DNA of 32,000 nucleotides, from NCBI RefSeq assembly GCF_000020025.1, contig NC_010628.1, positions 1,260,001-1,292,000 on the forward strand, given 5' to 3'. Position 1 is the stretch's first letter; the number at the start of each line of letters is the position of its first letter. Origin of the DNA: Nostoc punctiforme PCC 73102 (lineage in GTDB: Bacteria; Cyanobacteriota; Cyanobacteriia; Cyanobacteriales; Nostocaceae). The notes below the pieces were generated by a model. That model was not told the DNA's origin, ran no database searches, and saw only the letters and a program-made list of their open reading frames with translations. Positions 15,905 to 24,455 of this stretch are shown piece after piece. The translations under genes were made by a program, and so were the position numbers.

Positions 15905-17740
15905 ATTATAGTATTGCATCTGATGATATTCCCACAGCTTGCCTTGGCGTGCGAGTAATTCTTGATACTTGCCCTGTTCTACTATCCGTCCTGCTTCTAG
16001 TACTACGACTTTATCTGCTTTCGCAATAGTAGAAAGACGGTGAGCGATCGCAATTACTGTTCTACCCACAGATAGCTTTTCTAATGAATCTTGAATTAAG
16101 CGCTCGGATACAGAATCTAAAGCACTAGTTGCTTCATCCAAAATCAAAATTTCTGGGTTCCGTAGTAGTGCCCGTGCGATCGCAATTCGCTGTCTTTGTC
16201 CTCCAGATAATCTAACACCCCGATCTCCCAATTGGGTATTAAAACCTTCGGGCATTTCTAAAATAAATTCCAGCGCATTCGCTAATTTAGCAGCTTCTTG
16301 AATTTGCTCATTAGTAGCTTGTGGAGTACCATAAGCAATATTTTGCCAAACATCAGTATTGAAGATAAATGTATCCTGACTGACAACAGCTATTTTACGA
16401 CGTAGAGAGTTAATTTCAAATAGTCTTATATCAACTTCATCGATATAAACATTTCCCTCTGTGGCATTGTAAAATCGAGGGATTAAATCAGCAAGGGTGG
16501 TTTTACCAGCACCAGAGGCTCCGACTAGTGCAGTCATTTTTCCCTTTTCAATGGTTAGGGTAATGTTATGCAGTACTATATTTTGGTCATCGTAACCGAA
16601 ATCTACAGATACTAAATTTATTGCCCTTTCTAAAGCGTTAAACTGAAGTTTTCCATTCTTAAAATAATTTTTATCATCACTTTTCAACAAATTTTTAATG
16701 TTGTCTGCCGAGCCATGTAGAGTACTGAGAAATGCTCGTGTGCCATTAATATCTTGAACAAACGGAATGAAGCGAAATAGTACAAAGAAAAATGTTAGCA
16801 AAGAAGCAACTTGTAGCGTTCCATTACTAACCAGGCTAGTGAATGCCAAAATAATCATTCCCACCAACACCGTAGTGGCTGCCCCTTCGGCAATTGGCTT
16901 GACAAGTGTCCAAGTAAATACAACTTTAGTTGTAGAACTTACTACCTTATCGCTAGCTTTGTAGTAACGCTGGCGTTCAAATTCTTGAGTACCACAAGAA
17001 TGAACAGTGCGAATGCCATTAATAAATTCTATGGCTGTTGATGTAAAGTTAGCATTAGCAGTTGTCATGCCAAAACTTGATTCTCTGACTCTGGCATTCA
17101 GATTAGATAACCCTACACCTAAAAGTGTAAAGAGTAATGCTGAAATTACAGTCAGTTGCCATGATATCAAAAACATTGATATTAAGTAGACAAGAGTTGT
17201 TATCCCTCTAGATACTAAAAATGCTGCACCACTAAAACCCTGCCTGATCCTTTCGATCTCTGTGGTTATTGTGTTAATTAGTTCACCAGAACGAGTTTTG
17301 GCAAAGTAACTTAACGATAAGGATTGTAACTGTTCAAAGATTTGCTTTCGTAAGCGATCGCCAAAATGTAGTTGAGATAATTCAGTATAAACTTGTCCAA
17401 AATAATTGAAAGCGACACGTAACCAAGTACTTAATAATATCAGCGAAGATATGCGGTATAGACGATTAATTGCTGAGGAATTAGATCCCAATACTAAATT
17501 ATCAAACCATTCTATTCCTGTTTGGACAGGTTGAGCATTGGGACTAGTTAAGCTTTGCAAAAAGGAAAGTAAAAAACCAATACTTACTCCTTCAAAAGTT
17601 GCTGCTAAAATCGAGAATGTCAGAGCTAAAATTACTATTTTGCGAAAGTGTTTAAATTCTCGCAATATCAAATAGTTTTCTTGCCAAAAGCTAGAAGCTT
17701 TGAGCAGACTACGAAATTTTTGAGGAAGCTGAAAATTCAT
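15899..17740 (-). CDS. hepA: MsbA/PglK-type ABC exporter (fused TMD-NBD), HepA-like
   Basis: 613-aa ATG ORF with an N-terminal six-helix ABC_membrane-type domain. Walker A is GASGAGKTT, the signature is LSGGQRQRIAIARALL and Walker B is ILILDEATSALD. It sits immediately downstream of a HepC-like gene, as in the Anabaena PCC 7120 hepC-hepA pair. The symbol is assigned by context and family, not by a search. Confidence 0.8.
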   Translation of the reverse strand: MNFQLPQKFRSLLKASSFWQENYLILREFKHFRKIVILALTFSILAATFEGVSIGFLLSFLQSLTSPNAQPVQTGIEWFDNLVLGSNSSAINRLYRISSLILLSTWLRVAFNYFGQVYTELSQLHFGDRLRKQIFEQLQSLSLSYFAKTRSGELINTITTEIERIRQGFSGAAFLVSRGITTLVYLISMFLISWQLTVISALLFTLLGVGLSNLNARVRESSFGMTTANANFTSTAIEFINGIRTVHSCGTQEFERQRYYKASDKVVSSTTKVVFTWTLVKPIAEGAATTVLVGMIILAFTSLVSNGTLQVASLLTFFFVLFRFIPFVQDINGTRAFLSTLHGSADNIKNLLKSDDKNYFKNGKLQFNALERAINLVSVDFGYDDQNIVLHNITLTIEKGKMTALVGASGAGKTTLADLIPRFYNATEGNVYIDEVDIRLFEINSLRRKIAVVSQDTFIFNTDVWQNIAYGTPQATNEQIQEAAKLANALEFILEMPEGFNTQLGDRGVRLSGGQRQRIAIARALLRNPEILILDEATSALDSVSERLIQDSLEKLSVGRTVIAIAHRLSTIAKADKVVVLEAGRIVEQGKYQELLARQGKLWEYHQMQYYNS

Positions 17741-17853
17741 GGATTTTATAATAATAGTTTGGCAAGGTAGAGAGACCGCTATAGATGCAATGTAGTAATT
17801 TTTGCGTTAGCCTCAGTGCGGTAGATGAAATCATCAATTACCGCACAGATAAA

Positions 17854-18576
17854 TTACAGTGTTTGGCTATCTAGATGTAACAGGTGAGATGCCTCTACTT
17901 CCCAGGAAGCTTTGATGTCTGGTAATTTATTTAGCTGTACTGCATCTTCCAAAGTCCAGCAATGAGATCCACCACCAGTTAAACTCATGTCACCCCGCAG
18001 TACGTTAAATAACTGTGGGAGATTGTCGAGATTGTATTTACCTATCCAACGCCCTAGTGGTGTGATATTGTGCGTACAAAACTTCATTGCTTGAAAGAGT
18101 TTACCCCGTTCTCCAACACGCCATTCACTACAAAAAAGCGATCCTGGTGAGTAAACCTGCATTAATGCAATCAATCCCAGCATGACTGGACTTACTAATA
18201 GCAGCAATACTAAAGCAGCAATCCAATCAATTAATCGCTGCAATTGTCTCCAGGGTTGATTAGAAGGTTTATTGCCAGCAGGTATGCTTAGGAATATTGG
18301 TTTTTGAGCTTCTTGACATGCATCTGCCCAAAACCTGAGCAAAGCCTCACCTAGCTTTGGATCTATGCTTACCAAACTTACCGGAGAATGTTGTAAGCAT
18401 TTTACTAGCGATCGCTTACTATCTAATGCAGGCAGATATGGTTGTTTAACTCGTCCAGGCTGCTTTACCAACAGCTGACCCTGCCGCCACTGGAGTGTGC
18501 AACACCCACGATTATCTTGGTGTTCCTGGGTTACATCATATAAATTCTCTACAGTTGGAATTATTGAAGCTGTCAT
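17854..18576 (-). CDS. hepC: HepC-like protein: N-terminal soluble domain, one TM helix, then a degenerate and truncated bacterial sugar-transferase (PGT) domain
   Basis: 240-aa ORF. The Bac_transf-like segment is QRLIDWIAALVLLLLVSPVMLGLIALMQVYSPGSLF...RVGERGKLFQAMKFCTH...LDNLPQLFNVLRGDMSLTGGGS. The expected catalytic motifs are altered: DE becomes DN, KFRTM becomes KFCTH, and GPRP becomes GGGS. Confidence 0.75.
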   Translation of the reverse strand: MTASIIPTVENLYDVTQEHQDNRGCCTLQWRQGQLLVKQPGRVKQPYLPALDSKRSLVKCLQHSPVSLVSIDPKLGEALLRFWADACQEAQKPIFLSIPAGNKPSNQPWRQLQRLIDWIAALVLLLLVSPVMLGLIALMQVYSPGSLFCSEWRVGERGKLFQAMKFCTHNITPLGRWIGKYNLDNLPQLFNVLRGDMSLTGGGSHCWTLEDAVQLNKLPDIKASWEVEASHLLHLDSQTL

Positions 18577-19104
18577 AATGTCTTTGGGTTTATACAGGAG
18601 TAAATTACTGAGGCGTTATCAAAGGCTATTAATGCCAAAGACCCAAATCCGAATCTTGTTGTAAGTCCAAAAAATTGGAGATAATTGAGGGCAAAAATAT
18701 GTTATTGCTATTTGCCACTCAGCCAAGTACATATCGTCCAGAAGTTTGCTGGTGTAGAGGTTTACAAATCAACGTTACTATCAATATTCATGGGTAATCG
18801 GTATTTTCCGGTAACTACTGAAAGTAGAAATATGTAGAGGGAAATTACCCATAAATTTATATCTACGTTTAATTGCACTGAGGTGTTTCTTGTATCGATA
18901 AATTTACCAAAACCAGTCTGCTCTTATCTTCTAGCCTTTGTGAAGTGCTTTAATCTCTAGAATATAAGACTATTTAGGAATAGCGATCGCTCAAATAAAT
19001 TCTTTATTTACTCTTTAAAGAGCCAGTAATTTCTCTGAAAACCCATAAAGATAGCATAAATATACTAAAATTTTCCTGATAACAATAAAATTAAATTTGT
19101 TCAT

Positions 19105-19138
19105 AAAAAAGTAGGGTAGCACATCTGTGCTACCCTAC
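19105..19138 (-). terminator. Rho-independent terminator downstream of the Wzc-like gene
   Basis: The minus strand reads gtagggtagcacagatgtgctaccctac followed by TTTTTT. The plus-strand stem arms are 19111-19121 and 19128-19138, and the A-run is 19105-19110. It lies 72 nt after the stop at 19211. Confidence 0.8.
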
Positions 19139-19210
19139 CACGTGTTGTATTTAAACAGATTACCTCCCCAACTCCTTAAATAAGTCAGGGAGCGATCGCA
19201 GCCATACTAG

Positions 19211-21439
19211 CTACTTTTCCACAGCTTGACGGAGAGCCAATTGCTGTTGTTTGATATAAGGTACGTAATTACTGCTAGAGTTTGATACCCCATTAGCTAC
19301 AACCCCAATCAGGTTTAACTTACTTAGCATTGCTGTAGCCTGAGTCAACTGGCTTCGTGTCACAATACCAATGCTTGCCACCATGACCACACTACGACAA
19401 GATGATGCCGTAAGCATGGCATCCACCAAACCAAGAACTGGGGGAGCATCTATGAGTACCAAATCATAGTTTTCCTCAAAAGCTGCCATCAATTGCATCA
19501 TTCGGGGAGAACTCAACAGATTAGCTGGGTCAGCAGGTTTGGGCCCAGCAGTTAAAATATCGATGTAGGCGGAACCTGCGTATTGAAGACTAATCTGGCT
19601 GGGTAGACTTGCATCACTCGCTAGTAGAGTTGAAAGCCCTTGTTCATTAGGAAGATTCAGTTGGTGGTGCAGGCTGGGATCGCGTAAGTTGGCATCAATT
19701 AGTAACACTCTTTTGTGTAAACGAGCAGCACTCATCGCTAAACCTAACGCCAAAGCTGACTTACCCTCATCTGGTAAAGCTGAGGTAATCATCAAAGATT
19801 TCAAGTTAGCAACAGTATTTAAAAGTTCAATGTTCTTGTAAATTAGATCCAGCGATTCCCAACGTGGTGGAGATTGCAATACCTGAATTGTCCAAGGGGC
19901 GAGAACTTCTGGCTTGCCAAAGGGCAATTTGATCATTGATTCTCTGGGTTTAGCTGGCGGCAACTTGGGGGTTGTTCCTAACAAAGGTAGAGCCATTTGC
20001 TTCTCTAACTCGGCAGTGGTATGAACTGCATCATCAGCCGAATCTCGAATAAAGGCAGCAATGCCTCCTAACATCAACCCAACCACAGCACCTAACAGCA
20101 AGTTCTGTTGGAGATTGGGGCCTAATTGTGCGCCTTTTTGGGGATCTTCTACCACTTCCCAATTAAATCCACCCTTGGAAAGTTCTTGCCGCAATTGCTG
20201 TTCTGCTCTTAAAAGCTGCTCTAACCTTTCACGACTAAATTGCAACTGCGGTAGCATCCGATTGTAATAAGCCAAAAGAGGCGGGAAGCGTTTGATTTCC
20301 AGACGTAGCTCGTTTTCTTTCTGAGCTAAACTTTGATCGCGGGCAGTTAAAGCAACTATAGTTGTCTGCGTTTCTACTAACTGACCAGCAAGGCTAAGAT
20401 CAATTTGGCCAAGTTGTCCTTTTTCAAGAAGAGAGTCTCCAGAAGTGAATGCACTAGCAGACTTTTCACCTAAAGTTCTTCCTACTTCTTGTTGCAATAA
20501 TTCCTTCTGACCTTGAAGCTGTTCTTTGAGCTTTTGCACACTTGGAGTCTGATCTGTAAAGCGTAAGCGTTCTTGTGCTAGTGCCAATTCGCTTTTTTGG
20601 ATTTCGTTCAGTAAGCCTTGATAGCGAGTAGACTGACTCAGGCGAGAAGCAACTAGAGCATTTTGAGGAGAACGGTTAAGTTGTTCTTCCAAAGATTTTT
20701 GGCGTGCTAAGGCTTCGCCATACTGAGCGCGAGTTGTCTGTCTTTCTTGAGCGATATTATTTAAAGCTGTCTCAATCGCTTTGGCCTGTGACTCTGGATC
20801 AATTAAGTTCTGATTTCTGCGAAACCTTTGTAAATTAGTTTCAGATGCGTTTACTTCTTCACTAGCTTTACTTAACTGTTCCCTAATAATTTGCAGACCT
20901 TTTTGTAACCGTGAAGTCTGCTGTTGTTTGTTATATTCCAGATAAACTTGTCGAATTGCGCCCAGAACTTTTTGTGTTTTTTCTGGATCTCCAGCAGTGT
21001 ATTCAACTTGAAAGATTTTTGTAGCAACATTATCTTCTTTGCTTCTCAATTGAGTTAAGACTAAAGAAGCTTTAATTTCACCTGTACTGATATCTGGATA
21101 ATCAGACTGAAGTTTATCAACTGCTTTTTGGATAAGTCCAGAACTCTGCATCAAGTTAAGCTGAGTTGCAGTATCTATCACAATATTAGAGTCAGTAAAC
21201 TGGCTATCTACCCCTGCTCCTTCTTTCTTACCTTGATAGTTGGATTCTACTAGCAGTTGCATTGAACTTTTATAAGTTGGTTTAGTTTTTAAAGTTACGA
21301 TGCCTGCTATAGCAATAGAACTAATTAATACTGCTAAAAACCAAGGAAATCTTCGCACAAATACGGCAAACAATTGTCCGTAAGTTGGCTCAGTTTCAGA
21401 GGCTGGATTTATTTGAGGATTTAGACTAGTTTGAACCAC
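19211..21439 (-). CDS. Polysaccharide co-polymerase / BY-kinase-like protein (Wzc/GumC type)
   Basis: 742-aa ORF with a GTG start. The Wzz-like N-terminus has TM1 (FPWFLAVLISSIAIAGIVTL) followed by KPTYKSSMQLLVE. A long coiled-coil periplasmic region leads to TM2 (LLLGAVVGLMLGGIAAFI). The C-terminal P-loop domain has Walker A ALPDEGKS, A'-like VLLIDANLRD and Walker B DLVLIDAPPV. Confidence 0.85.
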   Translation of the reverse strand: MVQTSLNPQINPASETEPTYGQLFAVFVRRFPWFLAVLISSIAIAGIVTLKTKPTYKSSMQLLVESNYQGKKEGAGVDSQFTDSNIVIDTATQLNLMQSSGLIQKAVDKLQSDYPDISTGEIKASLVLTQLRSKEDNVATKIFQVEYTAGDPEKTQKVLGAIRQVYLEYNKQQQTSRLQKGLQIIREQLSKASEEVNASETNLQRFRRNQNLIDPESQAKAIETALNNIAQERQTTRAQYGEALARQKSLEEQLNRSPQNALVASRLSQSTRYQGLLNEIQKSELALAQERLRFTDQTPSVQKLKEQLQGQKELLQQEVGRTLGEKSASAFTSGDSLLEKGQLGQIDLSLAGQLVETQTTIVALTARDQSLAQKENELRLEIKRFPPLLAYYNRMLPQLQFSRERLEQLLRAEQQLRQELSKGGFNWEVVEDPQKGAQLGPNLQQNLLLGAVVGLMLGGIAAFIRDSADDAVHTTAELEKQMALPLLGTTPKLPPAKPRESMIKLPFGKPEVLAPWTIQVLQSPPRWESLDLIYKNIELLNTVANLKSLMITSALPDEGKSALALGLAMSAARLHKRVLLIDANLRDPSLHHQLNLPNEQGLSTLLASDASLPSQISLQYAGSAYIDILTAGPKPADPANLLSSPRMMQLMAAFEENYDLVLIDAPPVLGLVDAMLTASSCRSVVMVASIGIVTRSQLTQATAMLSKLNLIGVVANGVSNSSSNYVPYIKQQQLALRQAVEK

Positions 21440-21585
21440 TTTTATTATCCTTGTCTTTTCTACGAAAGGCTACGCCAACAAGACTTACGCTAAGAGATAT
21501 CCCGAAGAGTACCTATTTTTTAACAACCCGCCGAGGAGGATATATAAAATAATAGGTAATCTTATAGTGTCAAGAGATTTCGAAA

Positions 21586-22686
21586 TCAAATGAATATTTG
21601 ATGCCCGCCACAAGCCTGGTTAATAATTTGCTCAACTTTCCCAAAGAATGCATTCTCTGAAAAGTTTGCTACTGCATGATTACGGATGCGATCGTAATCC
21701 CAAGAAATGCTATTGGCTTCTAGTAATGCAGTTTGTAGAGATTCGGGTGTTTGTCTTTTGAAAAAGACTCCTGTTTCACCTGGTATTTGAGTATCTAATA
21801 CTCCACCTGCACCATAAGCAATGACTGGTGTACCGCTAGCATTAGCCTCTACTGGAACTAACCCGTAATCTTCTAAGGCTGCGACAATAATAGACTTGGC
21901 TTTGGAAAACAAGTCTTTGCGGGTTCTATCACTTACGTGTCCCAAGAACACAATATTTTTTAATGCTTTAGATTTTAACCGTTCTAGTTCTGGCCCGTCA
22001 CCTGATATTAATAAGCGCCATCCCAGCCAGTTAAAAGCTTCGACTATTATATCAAGGCGTTTATAGCTGATCATCCGGGCTGAAGCCAGATAATATTCAT
22101 CTTTTATATCTGAAAAAACAAATTTACTAGTATCAATTGGATAGTTCACCATCATTGCCTTTTTGCCATAAATATTTTCAATACGGCGGGCAACAACACT
22201 AGAATTAGCAATGTAAAGGTCAGGTTCCTGTGCATATTTCAGGTCTACCTTTCTCATTACTTGAAATACTTGTTCAATTAAAGGTGCAAAATATCTATAG
22301 TCTCCGTACTCCCTTAAATAAGTTGCTGTATCCCATAAGAAACGGGTGACGTTATGGCAAAAGCAAATGTGGCGGGCGTTGGGGTTTTTTCGTACTGCTT
22401 TGGCGAAGCTGGTGCTACTGCTAATAATTAGATCGTAGTCTTGCAGATCCAAGGCGCGAAAGGCAGGAAAATATAGAGGAGCCATTGCCCTGAAATACTT
22501 TGCTGCACCAGGAATTTTTTGTAAGAAGGTTGTGTTAACGATGCGATCGCCTAGATCAATAGTTTTTTGAGGATCGTACAGAGATGTGAAAATGTCTGCT
22601 TCAGGATAACGCTTACAAAGCAGTTCAAATACACGCTCTGCCCCACCTCGCTGGGTTAAATAATCGTGGACTAGAGCAATTTTCAT
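21586..22686 (-). CDS. Glycosyltransferase, GT-B fold, family 4-like
   Basis: The ORF track starts at a TTG (22689). The adjacent ATG at 22686 (MKIALVHDY) is the more likely start. Motif: IVAALEDYGLVPVEANASGTPVIAYGAGGVLDTQIPGETGVFF. Confidence 0.9.
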   Translation of the reverse strand: MKIALVHDYLTQRGGAERVFELLCKRYPEADIFTSLYDPQKTIDLGDRIVNTTFLQKIPGAAKYFRAMAPLYFPAFRALDLQDYDLIISSSTSFAKAVRKNPNARHICFCHNVTRFLWDTATYLREYGDYRYFAPLIEQVFQVMRKVDLKYAQEPDLYIANSSVVARRIENIYGKKAMMVNYPIDTSKFVFSDIKDEYYLASARMISYKRLDIIVEAFNWLGWRLLISGDGPELERLKSKALKNIVFLGHVSDRTRKDLFSKAKSIIVAALEDYGLVPVEANASGTPVIAYGAGGVLDTQIPGETGVFFKRQTPESLQTALLEANSISWDYDRIRNHAVANFSENAFFGKVEQIINQACGGHQIFI

Positions 22687-22818
22687 CAATTTGACCTAAA
22701 GTTTCGATCGGGTTTGTTTTAACGCTCCCCAGCAAGTTATTATCAACAACTTTAGTGTCCCGCAGTATAGCTTCCTATCCTCTTTACGAAATTCTGGCGA
22801 AAAATACGTTGATAGGAC

Positions 22819-22961
22819 TTCGGAGATCCCCCCAACCCACGCCAGTCGCTCCACTTGGGGAGACCCCAAGACCGCGCTGGCTCCCCTTAAAAAGGGGGGC
22901 TTTTTGTAATTTTTACCCCCTTTTTAAGGGGGTCGCCGCAAGCGGGGGGATCTTATCCGAA
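22819..22961. repeat. MITE-like element with imperfect terminal inverted repeats and two internal G/C-clamped hairpins
   Basis: The TIRs are ttcggagatcccccc (22819-22833) and ggggggatcttatccgaa (22944-22961). The internal hairpins are ccccttaaaaagggg (22883-22897) and ccccctttttaaggggg (22916-22932). The 71-aa ORF over it is not credible. Confidence 0.7.
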
Positions 22962-22969
22962 ACGTATTA

Positions 22970-22991
22970 GGGGTGTACAGCTGTACACCCC
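22970..22991. repeat. Perfect 22-nt palindrome ggggtgtacagctgtacacccc
   Basis: It is self-complementary over its full length. It lies 42 nt downstream of the stop (23033) of the oxidoreductase gene on the minus strand. There is no clean U-tract, so it could be an RNA-stabilising or attenuating hairpin, or simply a repeat. Confidence 0.6.
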
Positions 22992-23032
22992 TACAGCCAA
23001 TTCATTTGTCGCAAATATTTTTGGAATCGATA

Positions 23033-24346
23033 TTACCCAACTGCTACCAAGATTTTTTCTGGGGCGAAATAATTGTTTTGCTCAGTTCTTAGTTGGTCGC
23101 AGAGTCTGCCTTCAGGTAATTCTACATCCTCATAAGTGAGAACTTGATCCTTAGAAATATCTCGTTTGAGGCGACATCCTTCAGCTAAACCAATTGGTAG
23201 GAGATTTTGCTGTTGGACGATGGGGTAATTTTCACATTGTCCGTAGGTCATATAGTAACCGATGCCATCTAGGGTTTCTCCAGCTTTCAGGTCGATTTTG
23301 GCGGTGGTGACAACATCTACTAACGGGCCTGCTAGCGGAGACATTACAGCATCACCGAAGAGGACAGCACGCGCTACGGACAGGGGAACTTCAAAATGAC
23401 AGAGGTGATAAGGAGTATAGAAGCTGTAAAGAGGGCCTTCGCCTAATTTGTATAAGTTGAGATAGTGCTGTTGCTTGGGGTCGTCGTGAGTGGCAAATAC
23501 ATATACGCCTGGGCCTGGTTTTGCTCCAACTACATAATCGACAATACCGCCCAGTTCTTTGAGTTGTTCAACGTCATATATATGGGCCATTTCATCGACA
23601 TAACCGTTGAAGTTATATCCCAGCATTCCCCGTTTGGCGACTTTCATCCCTGTGGCATTGGCAACGATCGCTTGCTCAAAGGAAATTTTGGTTCCGTCTG
23701 CAAAGCTAGCCACCATGTGGGGCTTTTGACCCCAACGTTTAGCAAATCCTTCCTGGGTGGTGGGATTGCGATAAGGGTCTTGGAGTCCTTTAATGTTACC
23801 GCACAATAACGGAGTTAGACCAATGCTTTTGACAAAACGGTAGAGGTTCATTTGCACCCCTGGCTGATCGCCATCACAGGCGCTGAGAATCACACCTGCT
23901 TTGTCAGCATAGACTTTGAGGATGGGGCCAATGGTGCCGTCGAGTTCGGCATTCATCATGATCACATGCTTGCAATGAGCGATCGCTTCCATTACGATGT
24001 GAGCGCCAAATTCCACTGCACCTGTGACTTCGATTATGGCCTCGATGCCCTCAGCCCGACACAGTAACTTAGCGTCTTCTGTGACTGCATACTTACCGTT
24101 TGCGATCGCATCTTCTAATTCGCTGACAGTTGCAACAACTTGAATATCTTCAATTCCTGCTTCCGAATAAGCTTGTTTAGCTGCATCAATCTTGCGATTG
24201 GAGATAGCAACTAACTCCATTCCTGGCACTGAATTGACAATTTGGTTGGCAATTCCTCGACCCATAAAACCAGCACCGATCATTCCTACCTTGATAGGAT
24301 TTCCTGCTGCTGCACGGGCTTGTAAGGCGCGATCGATAATAATCAT
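23033..24346 (-). CDS. NAD(P)-binding oxidoreductase, homoserine-dehydrogenase-like N-domain with a SAF-type C-terminal domain (COG4091-like)
   Basis: 437-aa ATG ORF. The Rossmann motif is KVGMIGAGFMGRGIANQ. The C-terminus (TAKIDLKAGETLDGIGYYMTYG...) is typical of SAF-domain predicted dehydrogenases. Substrate is unknown. Confidence 0.7.
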   Translation of the reverse strand: MIIIDRALQARAAAGNPIKVGMIGAGFMGRGIANQIVNSVPGMELVAISNRKIDAAKQAYSEAGIEDIQVVATVSELEDAIANGKYAVTEDAKLLCRAEGIEAIIEVTGAVEFGAHIVMEAIAHCKHVIMMNAELDGTIGPILKVYADKAGVILSACDGDQPGVQMNLYRFVKSIGLTPLLCGNIKGLQDPYRNPTTQEGFAKRWGQKPHMVASFADGTKISFEQAIVANATGMKVAKRGMLGYNFNGYVDEMAHIYDVEQLKELGGIVDYVVGAKPGPGVYVFATHDDPKQQHYLNLYKLGEGPLYSFYTPYHLCHFEVPLSVARAVLFGDAVMSPLAGPLVDVVTTAKIDLKAGETLDGIGYYMTYGQCENYPIVQQQNLLPIGLAEGCRLKRDISKDQVLTYEDVELPEGRLCDQLRTEQNNYFAPEKILVAVG

Positions 24347-24455
24347 GAACTAAACTCCTTTTTGGAACTGTTGGTTGTGATACAAATTCTCTATAAACTT
24401 GTACTTAATAATTTTTTACAGCCAAATATTAAGTACATTTTCATGGGAATTAAGA

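Noticed and set aside
18834-18848. A possible NtcA box (GTA...TAC) in the hepC upstream region.
   Set aside because: The spacing is N9 (gta gagggaaat tac), not the N8 required for the canonical GTA-N8-TAC site. I also found no convincing TCCGGA (DIF1-type) motif by eye in this gap.
21530-21572. A possible internal promoter for the Wzc-like gene: TTGACA on the minus strand at 21567-21572, with AT-rich sequence downstream.
   Set aside because: No -10 hexamer with acceptable sequence lies at 16-18 nt spacing (candidates fall at 13, 18 and 21 nt and are poor). This is too weak to report as a feature.
22883-22910. A plus-strand terminator look-alike: ccccttaaaaagggg followed by ggcttttt.
   Set aside because: No plus-strand gene ends upstream of it, and it is internal to a TIR repeat element. 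It is probably a by-product of the repeat sequence.
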